This document shows positions 31,164 to 41,113 of a stretch of 64,000 bases of DNA, in pieces (within the stretch, counting starts at the first letter, position 1; every line of letters starts with the position of its first letter). The notes beneath the pieces were generated by a model. It was given only the letters and a program-made list of their open reading frames with translations. It was not told where the DNA came from and made no database searches. Source of the stretch: an uncultured Nitrospinaceae bacterium. GTDB taxonomy: Bacteria; UBA8248. The position numbers and the translations under genes were made by a program. The stretch spans positions 1 through 64,000 of the forward strand of contig CAXFSR010000063.1 of NCBI GenBank assembly GCA_964005815.1. The letters are read 5' to 3'.

Positions 31164-32510
31164 ATGGATGCTGAATTAGTCGTTTCTAATTGTCAGATTG
31201 TAACACCCTCCAATACTTATAACGGAAATATCTATATAAAAGATGAAAAAATAATCGCAATAACCGAGAACAAGGACATCTCTGCAAAAGAAGAAATAGA
31301 TGCAGCGAATAATTATGTTTTACCAGGAATGGTAGACGAACATGTCCATATGATGGACCCAGGTTTTACAGACAGAGAAGATTGGGAGCAAGGAACAAAA
31401 GCTGCTGCGAGAGGTGGCATCACAACCGTAATAGACCATCATAGAAGTGACCCACTCGTTTATACGAGTAGTATCCTAGAAGAAAAAACAGAATATATAA
31501 CAGGAAAAGCTGTAGTAGATTTTGGGCAGCTTGGGGGTTTAGACTTAGACAATTTAGATGACCTGAAACCAATGTGGGATTCGGGAGCACTTGGATTTAA
31601 AGGATTTATGTGTGAATTACATGGAGTTCCTGATATTTCAGAAGGAAAACTAAGAAATATCATGCTTGAAGCCGTAAAATTTGGTGCAACTGTTATGCTT
31701 CACTGCGAAAGTGATTCAATTCTTAAAGAATCCAAGAAAATTATCGACCGGGATAATAGAACAGACAGAATGTGTATAAGCGAATGGAGAAATCCAGAGA
31801 GCGAATTTGTTGCTACAATGGACGCAATCAATCTTGCCGAACTTACTGGTTGCAGAGTTTTGGTTGCACATGTCAGTCAGCCTAGACTGTTGAAAGAGAT
31901 TCAATCTGCTAGGCTTCGCGGAGTAAATATTTTCGCAGAAAGTTGTCCTCAATATTTCTATTTAGACCATTCACATCTTGAAAATCTCGGTCCATATGTA
32001 AAATTTACTCCAGCAATACGTTCATCCGAGACAAAAGACGAAATGCGTGTATTACTAGGCAAAGAGATGGTAGATACCATAGGAACAGATCACTGTCCTT
32101 TCCCAAAAGAATTAAAAGACGCAGGTATTTCAAATATACACGATGCTCCTTTTGGGATACCTGGCATAGACACTACAGTTAGATTGATGCTAAATGCAGT
32201 AAATGACGGTTGTTTAAACCTAAACCAACTCGTAAAAATGTGTTGTGAGAACCCCTCTAGAATTTTCAACCTTTTTCCAAAAAAAGGTGCAATTCAAGTA
32301 GGGTCAGATGCAGACCTAATTATTGTTGATTTAGATGCAAATGAAACAATCAAAGATGAAGACATAGTTTCTAAATGCAAATGGTCTCCATTCAACAACC
32401 TCAAAATCAAAGGTTCAGTTTTAAGAACTATTGTTCGCGGACAAACGGTTATGAAGGAAGGTGTGGTTTCTGCACCTAAAGGATGGGGCAAGCCAGTTCA
32501 AAGAGCATAA
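31164..32510 (+). CDS. Cyclic amidohydrolase (allantoinase/dihydroorotase/hydantoinase family)
   Basis: PGMVDEHVH, AARGGITT, carbamylated-Lys GFK, HCE, HVS, TDHCP, GSDAD. Confidence 0.88.
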   Translation: MDAELVVSNCQIVTPSNTYNGNIYIKDEKIIAITENKDISAKEEIDAANNYVLPGMVDEHVHMMDPGFTDREDWEQGTKAAARGGITTVIDHHRSDPLVYTSSILEEKTEYITGKAVVDFGQLGGLDLDNLDDLKPMWDSGALGFKGFMCELHGVPDISEGKLRNIMLEAVKFGATVMLHCESDSILKESKKIIDRDNRTDRMCISEWRNPESEFVATMDAINLAELTGCRVLVAHVSQPRLLKEIQSARLRGVNIFAESCPQYFYLDHSHLENLGPYVKFTPAIRSSETKDEMRVLLGKEMVDTIGTDHCPFPKELKDAGISNIHDAPFGIPGIDTTVRLMLNAVNDGCLNLNQLVKMCCENPSRIFNLFPKKGAIQVGSDADLIIVDLDANETIKDEDIVSKCKWSPFNNLKIKGSVLRTIVRGQTVMKEGVVSAPKGWGKPVQRA

Positions 32511-32531
32511 ATTTACACCCTAGAAACACTT

Positions 32532-32630
32532 CTATTTCTTTGGAAAGATATTAAAAGGATCATTCACAAAGAAAACAAAAATTAATGCAACAACTACTAT
32601 TGCACCTAATACTAAAACAAAAGTATCCAT
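32532..32630 (-). CDS. Unannotated 32-aa single-pass membrane microprotein MDTFVLVLGAIVVVALIFVFFVNDPFNIFPKK
   Basis: GGAGG (32636-32640) 5 nt before ATG; 19-residue hydrophobic stretch; C-terminal KK; TAG stop; 42 nt downstream of pnp on the same strand. Confidence 0.7.
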   Translation of the reverse strand: MDTFVLVLGAIVVVALIFVFFVNDPFNIFPKK

Positions 32631-32672
32631 CTGAACCTCCACAAATTGTTTAAGAAAAACACTTCAACAAAA

Positions 32673-34808
32673 CTAAACAACAGGTGAATAAAATTCCTTC
32701 AACTCTTCAGGAACTTCTTCTTCAATAACATCTTTCATAGAGAGGCGAATACGACCATTGCCTTCTACTTGTAGACATTTTACTAAAATTTTGTCCCCTT
32801 CTTTCAGAACGTCAGATACATTTTCAATTCTCTTATTTGCAATCATGCTGATATGACACAAACCATCCGTTCCTGAGAAGATTTGAACAAATGCCCCAAA
32901 ATCCATTATTTTCTGTACGGTACCGTAATAAATCTTTCCTGGCTCTGCTACTTGAGTAATTTCCTGAACAATCTCCACTGCCTTATTAGCGCTCGCTTCA
33001 TCAGAGGAGGAAATCACAACAGTTCCATCATCATCTACGTCAACTTGCGCTCCAGTCTCTTCAATAATACCTCGAATAACTTTTCCACCTGGTCCAATGA
33101 TATCTCTTATCTGATCTGCATGAACCTGCAAAGTTATAATTTTTGGCGCATATGGAGACATCTCAGAACTTGGTTGATTAATCACAGAATCCATCGTATC
33201 TAGAACAGAAAATCTAGCTTCTTTGGCTTGCGCTAGAGCTTCCTGAACAAGTTCTAATTTCAAACCTTTAATTTTAATATCCATCTGCAAAGCGGTAATA
33301 CCTTCGCGAGTACCGCCTACTTTGAAATCCATATCTCCTAAATGGTCCTCTAATCCTAATATATCTGTCAAAATTGCAGTGTCGCCTGTATCTTCATCAC
33401 TAATTAACCCCATAGCAATTCCAGCTACTGGGGATGAAATTGGAACACCCGCATCCATTAGCGACAAACTAGCTCCGCATATAGTAGCCATAGAAGAACT
33501 ACCATTACTCTCTGTTATTTCAGAGACCACTCTTAAGACATATGGAAAAGATTCAAAGTCCGGAAGCACGGCTTGAACAGCTCTAGTGGCCAATGCACCA
33601 TGTCCGATTTCCCTTCTTCCGGGACCTCTATTTGGCCTAGCTTCGCCGACACTAAATCCAGGGAAATTATAATGAAGCATAAATAGCCTGTCGGTTTTAC
33701 CGTCCAATGAATCAATCAACTGTGCATCTGAAGAAGTACCCATTGTCGCACTCACTAACGCTTGTGTTTCTCCTCGTGTAAATAACGAACTTCCATGAGA
33801 TCTTGCCAATGGTTTCATTCTAATCGTGATAGGACGAATATCTTTAAGACCTCTACCATCTGCCCTAACACTTTTCTCTAAAATCATGTTTCTGAAAATT
33901 TTCTTCTCTAATTTTCCAAAATATTCTGAAACTAAACTTTTGTCCGGAGAATCTTCAGAATCATTACACAAACCTTCTACAGCAGCTTTTTTAGCCTCAG
34001 CTATTGAGGAATATTGTTCTAGCTTGTCGTGTACCTCTGTAGCCTTATTCAAGTGAGGCAATGCAAGCTCTTCTATTTTAGACATGAGTTCCTGATCATG
34101 TTCTACAGGTTCAATTTCTCTTTTAGTTTTTCCACATTCAGCCCTTAATTTTTCTTGAAGTTCACACAAATCTTTAATCACAGCGTGCCCTTGCTCAAAA
34201 GCCTGCATATAATCATCTTCTGAAAGCTCAAAGCTACCTGCTTCAACCATAACGATTGCATCGGTAGTACCTGCTAAAACACAATTCAGATCACTTTCAT
34301 CTTGTTGCTCAATAGTTGGATTGACAATAATCTGTCCATCAATTCTTCCAACTCTGACAGCCCCTATAGGACCATCAAATGGAATATCTGAAACATGCAA
34401 AGATGCCGAAGTTGCGTTAATTGCTAAAATGTCGCAATCACAAACCTTATCGTAAGAGACAACCATAACCTGGATCATGGTTTCACACATAAAGTTTTCA
34501 GGGAAAAGCGGCCTCATTGGTCTATCTATTAGCCTACAGGTAAGAATTTCTCTCTCGCTAGGACGAGCTTCTCTACGAAAAAAATTGCCTGGAATCACAC
34601 CAGCAGCATAAGATAACTCTCTATAATCTACAGTCAATGGGAAAAAATCTGACCCTTCACGTGGTTCATCTGAAGAACAAACCGTAGAAAGCACTGAAGT
34701 TTCGCCATAGTACGCCATTATTGAACCGTTTGCTTGCTTTGCAATTTCCCCTGTTTCAAAAACGAGCTTACTATTATTGATTTCCATTTCTACACGAGAT
34801 ACACCCAT
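32673..34808 (-). CDS. pnp: Polyribonucleotide nucleotidyltransferase (PNPase)
   Basis: DFFPLTVDY, FTRGETQ, RREIGHG, SNGSSSMA, GDMDFKV, KH and S1 domains. Confidence 0.98.
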   Translation of the reverse strand: MGVSRVEMEINNSKLVFETGEIAKQANGSIMAYYGETSVLSTVCSSDEPREGSDFFPLTVDYRELSYAAGVIPGNFFRREARPSEREILTCRLIDRPMRPLFPENFMCETMIQVMVVSYDKVCDCDILAINATSASLHVSDIPFDGPIGAVRVGRIDGQIIVNPTIEQQDESDLNCVLAGTTDAIVMVEAGSFELSEDDYMQAFEQGHAVIKDLCELQEKLRAECGKTKREIEPVEHDQELMSKIEELALPHLNKATEVHDKLEQYSSIAEAKKAAVEGLCNDSEDSPDKSLVSEYFGKLEKKIFRNMILEKSVRADGRGLKDIRPITIRMKPLARSHGSSLFTRGETQALVSATMGTSSDAQLIDSLDGKTDRLFMLHYNFPGFSVGEARPNRGPGRREIGHGALATRAVQAVLPDFESFPYVLRVVSEITESNGSSSMATICGASLSLMDAGVPISSPVAGIAMGLISDEDTGDTAILTDILGLEDHLGDMDFKVGGTREGITALQMDIKIKGLKLELVQEALAQAKEARFSVLDTMDSVINQPSSEMSPYAPKIITLQVHADQIRDIIGPGGKVIRGIIEETGAQVDVDDDGTVVISSSDEASANKAVEIVQEITQVAEPGKIYYGTVQKIMDFGAFVQIFSGTDGLCHISMIANKRIENVSDVLKEGDKILVKCLQVEGNGRIRLSMKDVIEEEVPEELKEFYSPVV

Positions 34809-34838
34809 TAAAAATTTTCCTTAAATTTAAAGATTGAT

Positions 34839-35108
34839 TTATCTTCTAATACCAAGATCTTTTATAAGAGTTCTATACCTAGAAACTTCTTTGCTTTCTA
34901 GATACTGAAGAAGACGACGTCTTTGACCAACCAATTTAAGTAAACCCCGTCTTGAATGGTGGTCTTTGGCATGAATCTTGAAATGTTCAGTTAGATATTC
35001 GATACGATTAGTAAGTAATGCTATTTGCACCTCTGTCGAACCAGTATCTTTCTCATGTGAACCAAACTTCTGTATCAATTCTGTTTTCTTTTCTTTCTCT
35101 AATACCAT
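34839..35108 (-). CDS. rpsO: 30S ribosomal protein S15
   Basis: [33 protein letters not shown]. Confidence 0.98.
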   Translation of the reverse strand: MVLEKEKKTELIQKFGSHEKDTGSTEVQIALLTNRIEYLTEHFKIHAKDHHSRRGLLKLVGQRRRLLQYLESKEVSRYRTLIKDLGIRR

Positions 35109-35177
35109 CTAAAATTAATCCTCCGACAAACAACGTAAAAAAATTTAAAAACAAAAATCACTACAAAAAGACTGCTG

Positions 35178-35206
35178 ATTCTAACCTTCTTTTGATAACA
35201 TGTAAA
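35178..35206 (-). promoter_or_regulatory. Putative internal sigma70 promoter for rpsO-pnp
   Basis: Minus strand TTTACA-17 bp-TAGAAT in the truB-rpsO spacer. Confidence 0.55.
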
Positions 35207-35225
35207 ACAAGTATAGTATTCATAA

Positions 35226-36143
35226 CTAATTAAATATTTTTATTGGTCTTATTTTCATTTTCTTAGAGGAACCTTGGTTGCCGGGCACTACCCTTCCAAT
35301 TCCAATAAGATTCCCTCTAGAATTGAGCATACGAAAATCATCGTTCTCTGAAAAATCATAATTTTCGACAAGACAGTCTATTGTAATACCATTTCGCAAT
35401 CTATCTTCTTCAGAATCAGCAAAATTCATTAGAGGCAAATGCGCAAGAGCGTCTGAAAGTGAAACGAAAACCTCAGACATAGAATTAGACTTTGACAAAG
35501 CAGCAAAATCATCAAGCGAGAGAGTATTTTCAATTCTAAAAGGTCCTAGACTAGTTCTACGTAAAGAGACCATACAACCGCCTGAACCTTGAAATTGACC
35601 TAAATCATGACAAAGAGTCCTAATGTAAGTACCTCGACTACACTCGACTTCAAATTCCAGATATGGACCCGAAATAGAATTTGCTTTTATGGAAAAGACT
35701 TCAATATTCCTTTTTTTTCTATCAATTTCTATTCCATCTCTTGCCAGTTCATAAAGTCTCTTTCCCCCAACATTAACAGCAGAAAACATAGGGGGTGACT
35801 GTGAGGTTTCTCCAAGAAATTTGTCTAGAAAATCTTGACATTTAGATAATTCCAATTCAGGAACTTGATTTTCTTCTATTAACCTTCCAGTAACATCTTG
35901 TGTTCCTGTAATTTTTCCAAAAATCATGGTTACAGAATAAGATTTTCGCAACTCAAGAAAAAAGGGAAAAGTTCTTGTAGCCGAACCAATCGCAATTGGC
36001 AAAACACCTTCGGCCAAGGGATCAAGAGTTCCCAAATGACCAACCTTCACTTTTTCTTTAAAAGATTCTCTAACTTTCACTACAATATCGTGTGATGTAG
36101 GCCCTGAAATTTTATTAAGGTTTAAAAATCCAGACATTGACAT
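35226..36143 (-). CDS. truB: tRNA pseudouridine(55) synthase
   Basis: KVGHLGTLDPLAEGVL, PPMFSAV, CSRGTYIRTL. Confidence 0.95.
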   Translation of the reverse strand: MSMSGFLNLNKISGPTSHDIVVKVRESFKEKVKVGHLGTLDPLAEGVLPIAIGSATRTFPFFLELRKSYSVTMIFGKITGTQDVTGRLIEENQVPELELSKCQDFLDKFLGETSQSPPMFSAVNVGGKRLYELARDGIEIDRKKRNIEVFSIKANSISGPYLEFEVECSRGTYIRTLCHDLGQFQGSGGCMVSLRRTSLGPFRIENTLSLDDFAALSKSNSMSEVFVSLSDALAHLPLMNFADSEEDRLRNGITIDCLVENYDFSENDDFRMLNSRGNLIGIGRVVPGNQGSSKKMKIRPIKIFN

Positions 36144-36145
36144 AA

Positions 36146-36523
36146 CTAGAGATCCTGATCTGTCGATAATTTCTGCAATAATTTATCTATTTCAGACATA
36201 TTTGAAAATGTATTGTCTGAAAAAAACTTAAGAACTGGAACATTTCGCAAATCTAATTTTGCTCCTAATTTTGCTCTTAGAAACTTCCCTGCTTTATTTA
36301 AACCCTCCAAACTTTCCTGCAGGACATCTTCATCATTCTTCAAATTATCATATCGACTAAAATATATTTTCGCCTCTCTTAAATCTTTAGTTACTATAAC
36401 ATTTGTCAAAAGAACACTCTTCACACGTGGATCCTTGACGTGAGTCAATATCAACTCTGACAGTTCTTTTTTTAATAGAACTGCTACGCGTTCTGAACGA
36501 GGAATTTTCTCATAATCATTCAT
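36146..36523 (-). CDS. rbfA: Ribosome-binding factor A
   Basis: R.ERV, VKDPR, DLREAKIY, LRNVPVLKF..D; infB-truB context. Confidence 0.92.
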   Translation of the reverse strand: MNDYEKIPRSERVAVLLKKELSELILTHVKDPRVKSVLLTNVIVTKDLREAKIYFSRYDNLKNDEDVLQESLEGLNKAGKFLRAKLGAKLDLRNVPVLKFFSDNTFSNMSEIDKLLQKLSTDQDL

Positions 36524-36805
36524 TTAAAAAGTCTCAATATTTGATTCTATGATTTCGACGGTGCCTACTCCTTCAACAAAATTCACGACTTTCCTCAATT
36601 GAGAATCTAAAAATCTAGAATCATTACTCACAATCGATACTCCTAGTTTTCCACGTTGCCACTTATCATTAGCAATTTCAGAGACCGATGCATTGAAATT
36701 ATTCCTTATTTTAGCAATAAGAGATTTCACAATACTCCGTTTTTGTTTGAGAGAGGAACACTCAGGAACCAGAAAATCGAGAGTTAACAAACCTATGAAT
36801 AGCAC
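36524..36805 (-). CDS. DUF503 (YlxP-like) protein
   Basis: SLKQKRSIVKSL, FNASVSEI..DKWQR; between infB and rbfA; GTG start. Confidence 0.88.
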   Translation of the reverse strand: MLFIGLLTLDFLVPECSSLKQKRSIVKSLIAKIRNNFNASVSEIANDKWQRGKLGVSIVSNDSRFLDSQLRKVVNFVEGVGTVEIIESNIETF

Positions 36806-36832
36806 TTTATCACGCGGACATATCTTGAAGTA

Positions 36833-39007
36833 TTAAATAGTTCTAGCAATTTCTTCTATTGTATAAGATTCAATAATATCACCAACCTTTATATCATTAA
36901 AACCTTCTATTCCTACACCACATTCATATCCTTCCCTTACTTCATTAACGTCATCTTTGAATCTTTTCAAAGATGAAATATCACCCGTATAAATCACAAC
37001 ACTATCACGAATTAAACGCACTTTTAGGTTTCTTCTAATAGAACCCTCTTTCACAAAACATCCAGCAATAACACCTACAGAAGGAATTCTAAACAGATCT
37101 CTCACTTCTACATTGCCAACTTCAACTTCTTTTCTTACAGGCTCTAAAATTCCACTTAATGAAGACTTCACTTCTTCAATCGCATCGTAGATAACCGAAT
37201 GTAATCTAATATCTATATTTTCTTTTTTAGCTGCATCTCTTGCCCCTGTTGTAGGTCTTACATTAAAACCAACAATTACTGAATTTGAGGCCGTAGCAAG
37301 CATCACATCTGTTTCTGAAATACCACCGACAGAATCATGAACAACTTTCACAGAAACTTCTTCATTTCCTAGCTTTGCTAAACTTTCCCTCAAAGCCTCA
37401 ATACTGCCTTGTGTATCCGCTTTCAAAATAAGATTTAATTCCTTTAAATCCCCTTCTTTGACAACATCCATAAAATTCTCAAGATTGACATTATTAATGC
37501 CCATTAAGCTTGTAACTCTTTCTCTTTGTGATCTTCTGGAACTAATTTCTCTTGCTGTTCTTTCATCTTCGACGACATTCAGAACATCCCCAGCTTGAGG
37601 AACTCCGGAAAAACCAACAATTTCTACTGGTGTTGATGGACCTACATCTTCGCATTTCTTTCCTTTATCATCGAACAATGCACGAACTTTTCCATTCCAT
37701 TTTCCCGAAACGAAATTATCTCCAACACTTAATCTGCCTCTTTGTACTAATACAGTAGCAACGGGACCTCTTCCCTTGTCAAGTTTTGCTTCAACAACAA
37801 TTCCAGAAGCGTTGCATTTCCCATTCGCCTTCAGTTCCAACATTTCTGCTTGCAGAATTGCCAGATCAAGTAAATCCTCTATCCCACTTCCATCCTTTGC
37901 GGAGACCGGGCAGAAAACCGTATCTCCTCCCCAGTCTTCAGGGATCAAGTTTAATTCAGAAAGTTGCTGTTTGATTCTATCAGGATTCGCATCTGGCAAA
38001 TCCATTTTGTTTATTGCAACCATAATCACAACACCAGCATCCTTTGCATGAGAAACCGCTTCTCTTGTTTGTGGCATTACACCCTCATTCGCTGCAACAA
38101 CAAGTACAACCAAATCAGTTATCTGTGACCCCCTTGCCCTCATAGCAGCAAATGCTTCATGACCTGGAGTGTCTATGAATACAGCAGTACCTTTGTCAGT
38201 AACAACACGATAAGCACCAATATGCTGAGTAATTCCTCCTGCTTCACTATCCATAACATTCGCATTTCTTATTGAATCAAGAAGACGTGTTTTCCCATGA
38301 TCAACGTGACCCATAACAGTAATAACTGGGGCACGAACTACCATTTCTTCAGGCTTATCATCAATTTGCTCTAGAGATTCCTCCAGCAAATCTTTTGTCA
38401 GTTCAACCTCACATTCGAAAAACTCACAAATAGTAGAAGCTGTCTTGAAATCGATAGACTGATTAAGTGTTGTCATCTCACCCTTAGACATCAAATGTTT
38501 TATGATGTCCGTACTATTTATTTTAAGTTTCTCTGCTAGTTCACTTACAGTAATTACCTCCCCTAATTTGATTCTATTTACGGGAGAAGAAATCGCAGCG
38601 GTTTCTCCAATCTCTTCAACCTCTTGTTCCATTTCCTCTTCCACAATTTCTTCATTTAGAACATCATCTTCTTCTGCTGTAGGTTCTTCTTCTAGAACTT
38701 CTATTTTTTCATCCTGAGACTTCACTTCTTCTACGACCACCTCTTCTTGTACTTCTACTTTTTCTTTTTTTGTTTCTTTTTCTGTTTCTTTTTCTTTCGA
38801 AGAAGATTTTTTCTTGGCAGTAGTTTTTTTGGAAGCAGATTTTTTTTCTTCTACTTTAAAGAGTTCCATAATAAGTTCCACTGTCTCATCATCTACAGTG
38901 CTCATATGACTCTTTACCTTAATTCCTTCTTTCTCTAACTCTTTAACAAAAAGTTTACTTTCAAACCCTAACTCTTTCGCTAAAGTATAGACTCTGGTAT
39001 TTGCCAT
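36833..39007 (-). CDS. infB: Translation initiation factor IF-2
   Basis: RVYTLAKEL N-domain, MGHVDHGKT, EAGGITQHIGAY, DTPGHEAF, SLKRFKDDV. Confidence 0.98.
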   Translation of the reverse strand: MANTRVYTLAKELGFESKLFVKELEKEGIKVKSHMSTVDDETVELIMELFKVEEKKSASKKTTAKKKSSSKEKETEKETKKEKVEVQEEVVVEEVKSQDEKIEVLEEEPTAEEDDVLNEEIVEEEMEQEVEEIGETAAISSPVNRIKLGEVITVSELAEKLKINSTDIIKHLMSKGEMTTLNQSIDFKTASTICEFFECEVELTKDLLEESLEQIDDKPEEMVVRAPVITVMGHVDHGKTRLLDSIRNANVMDSEAGGITQHIGAYRVVTDKGTAVFIDTPGHEAFAAMRARGSQITDLVVLVVAANEGVMPQTREAVSHAKDAGVVIMVAINKMDLPDANPDRIKQQLSELNLIPEDWGGDTVFCPVSAKDGSGIEDLLDLAILQAEMLELKANGKCNASGIVVEAKLDKGRGPVATVLVQRGRLSVGDNFVSGKWNGKVRALFDDKGKKCEDVGPSTPVEIVGFSGVPQAGDVLNVVEDERTAREISSRRSQRERVTSLMGINNVNLENFMDVVKEGDLKELNLILKADTQGSIEALRESLAKLGNEEVSVKVVHDSVGGISETDVMLATASNSVIVGFNVRPTTGARDAAKKENIDIRLHSVIYDAIEEVKSSLSGILEPVRKEVEVGNVEVRDLFRIPSVGVIAGCFVKEGSIRRNLKVRLIRDSVVIYTGDISSLKRFKDDVNEVREGYECGVGIEGFNDIKVGDIIESYTIEEIARTI

Positions 39008-39092
39008 TCATCACCTTATTTAAAATATTCGAAGATCAAATATAACAAAAATTAATTCCCTATTTAAAGCTAACTAAAAACCCGTTCGTTTA

Positions 39093-40409
39093 TTACTCGG
39101 AATCAGTTTTTTGAAATTCTTTTGCTGATTCAATAAGTAAATTTGCTCTGGTTGGCCCAATGCCCGGAACCTCACAAAGCGCTTCCGGTGTAGTTGAAGC
39201 AATGGATTCAATATCATTAAAACCATTATTCATTAGCAACTCAGCCATTTTGTCACCTACAACTTCCAACTTAAGCAATTCATTATCTACAGCATCACTC
39301 TCATTGGCATCTTTCTTGTCCTTTTTCGCACTTTTATCACCAGAAAATGTTTGCTCCGCGATGAGCCTTCTATATTCACCTTCCGCTTTCATATCAATTT
39401 TCCAGCCTAATAGTCGTGACGCCAATCTTACATTTTGCCCAGATTTTCCAATTGCTATAGAAAGTTGATCGTCTGGCACAAGTATCTCCATTCTTTTCTC
39501 TTCTTCGAAAAGATCAATATGCTGTATTTTCGCTGGATTTAATGCATTTTCAGCGTATGTTCTAATATCCTCATTCCAAAGAACGATATCAATCCTCTCT
39601 CCGCGTAATTCTTGTACAATATTCTGCACTCTTGTTCCTCTAGGACCAACACAAGCTCCCACTGCATCAACATCTCTATCACGACTCGTTACTGCAATCT
39701 TTGAACGCCCACTAGGCTCTCTAACACATTCTTTCACCTCAACAATCCCATCATAGATTTCAGGAACCTCCATTTCAAAAAGTCGCACTACCAACCCCGG
39801 GTGAGTTCTACTCAAAACTACCTGAGGACCTTGAGGACCTTTTGTAAATTCCCTTACTTCTAAAATATAACACCGAATCCTATCGTTTCTTTTGTATACC
39901 TCTTTATAAATCTGCTCTCTTCTTGGAAGAATCGCTTCTGTCCGTCCAATATCAACATAAATATTGCCTTTATCAATTTGGGAGACAGAGCCTGTAATAA
40001 GTTCGCCAACTCTACCAATAAATTCACCATATATTTTTGATCTTTCCGCATCCCTTAATCTCTGGGAAATGACCTGTTTCGCTGTAGAAGCAGCAATACG
40101 TCCTAATCCCTCAACTTGAAGATCTATTATCAAGTAATCGCCTAACGATATATCTTCTTTTTGCAGAATCGCATCTTCTAATAAAATCTGCAGTTCAGGA
40201 TCTTCTATTTCAGAAACTACTTCTTTTCTGGCCTGCAATTTGATTTCACCCGTTACAGAATCAAATTCTGCATCTACATTATCTCCTAATTTATATTGTC
40301 TCTTTGATGCAGAAACAATAGCTGCCTTCATCGCTTCCATTAAAACATCTCTAGGAATACCCTTGTCACGCTCTAATTCAGACAGAACTTCTAAAATCTC
40401 TTTGTTCAC
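39093..40409 (-). CDS. nusA: Transcription termination/antitermination factor NusA
   Basis: GRIAASTAKQVI, SRTHP, EVPEI, VGACVG, AIGKSGQNVRLA, C-terminal HhH; GTG start. Confidence 0.96.
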   Translation of the reverse strand: MNKEILEVLSELERDKGIPRDVLMEAMKAAIVSASKRQYKLGDNVDAEFDSVTGEIKLQARKEVVSEIEDPELQILLEDAILQKEDISLGDYLIIDLQVEGLGRIAASTAKQVISQRLRDAERSKIYGEFIGRVGELITGSVSQIDKGNIYVDIGRTEAILPRREQIYKEVYKRNDRIRCYILEVREFTKGPQGPQVVLSRTHPGLVVRLFEMEVPEIYDGIVEVKECVREPSGRSKIAVTSRDRDVDAVGACVGPRGTRVQNIVQELRGERIDIVLWNEDIRTYAENALNPAKIQHIDLFEEEKRMEILVPDDQLSIAIGKSGQNVRLASRLLGWKIDMKAEGEYRRLIAEQTFSGDKSAKKDKKDANESDAVDNELLKLEVVGDKMAELLMNNGFNDIESIASTTPEALCEVPGIGPTRANLLIESAKEFQKTDSE

Positions 40410-40434
40410 GAGAAAACCCCTTTACATTTAATAT

Positions 40435-40932
40435 CTATCTTTGAAATTCAGAATCTTTCTCTAACTCTGCATTCCAATCAATCTCAAGCTTTGCTTTAAC
40501 AATTTCACTGAAAGAAACTTCAAAAACTGTTTTATCTTTTGATTCTATTTTAATGACTTCATCTTCTACTTGATTAATTGTACCTACAAGATTTCTTTTT
40601 CCTGTCCTTTCAAGATGTGAGTCGGACAATCTGACACGAACCACCTTCCCTTGAAAATGAACAAAATCAGAAAGTTTTTTTAAAGGTCTATCAATACCAG
40701 GACTCGAGACCTCTAACTGATAATTTTCTGATGCCAATCCTTCTTTTTCAATTTCTTCTTCCAAAAACCTACTGATTTTCTCACAATCGTTTAACGTAAT
40801 CCCGTCACGATTGTCTATAAATATTCTCAAATGGTCTCTTCCTCGCGAAACAGAATGCTGCAGTTCTACAAGATAAAAACCTTTTTTCGATACCAAATCT
40901 TCAATTAATGACGATAAATCGTTTTTGGCCAT
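40435..40932 (-). CDS. rimP: Ribosome maturation factor RimP
   Basis: LRIFID, DCEKISR, YQLEVSSPGIDRPL; start ATG 40932 (or TTG 40938). Confidence 0.93.
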   Translation of the reverse strand: MAKNDLSSLIEDLVSKKGFYLVELQHSVSRGRDHLRIFIDNRDGITLNDCEKISRFLEEEIEKEGLASENYQLEVSSPGIDRPLKKLSDFVHFQGKVVRVRLSDSHLERTGKRNLVGTINQVEDEVIKIESKDKTVFEVSFSEIVKAKLEIDWNAELEKDSEFQR

Positions 40933-40954
40933 CTTCAACTATAAAAATTAGAAT

Positions 40955-40982
40955 AAAAAAAAGGGACCCTTGCCGGACCCTT
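40955..40982 (-). terminator. rimP-leader attenuator-like hairpin
   Basis: Minus strand AAGGGTCC-GGCAA-GGGTCCCTT followed by a T-run, between a predicted promoter and rimP; same position as the known rimP-leader terminator-like element. Confidence 0.7.
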
Positions 40983-41006
40983 AAACAGTTTCATTCAAGT
41001 TAGATA

Positions 41007-41035
41007 AATCTATTCCCATTCTCCAAAAAGTGCAA
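41007..41035 (-). promoter_or_regulatory. Putative sigma70 promoter of the rimP-nusA-infB operon
   Basis: TTGCAC-17 bp-TAGATT on the minus strand upstream of the leader hairpin. Confidence 0.55.
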
Positions 41036-41084
41036 GTCCTTTTTTTAGTTTTAAATTTTCTACACTTACTCCTAAGGAGAAAAC

Positions 41085-41113
41085 TTGCTCGAGAGTTGCC
41101 GAAATGTTAGCAT
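41085..41113 (+). promoter_or_regulatory. Putative sigma70 promoter of the E1a/E1b/E2 operon
   Basis: TTGCTC-17 bp-TAGCAT with TG extended -10. Confidence 0.45.

Noticed and set aside
32532..32630. Superficial likeness of the microprotein (FF.NDP after a TM helix) to photosystem II PsbI
   Set aside because: Too short to be meaningful and there is no photosynthetic context; treated as coincidence
35109..35177. S15 autoregulatory leader RNA
   Set aside because: Plausible by position, but I could not identify a convincing structure in this U-rich leader
38630..38870. Low-complexity TTC/TTT repeats
   Set aside because: Encode the Lys/Glu-rich linker of IF-2; not a DNA repeat or CRISPR array
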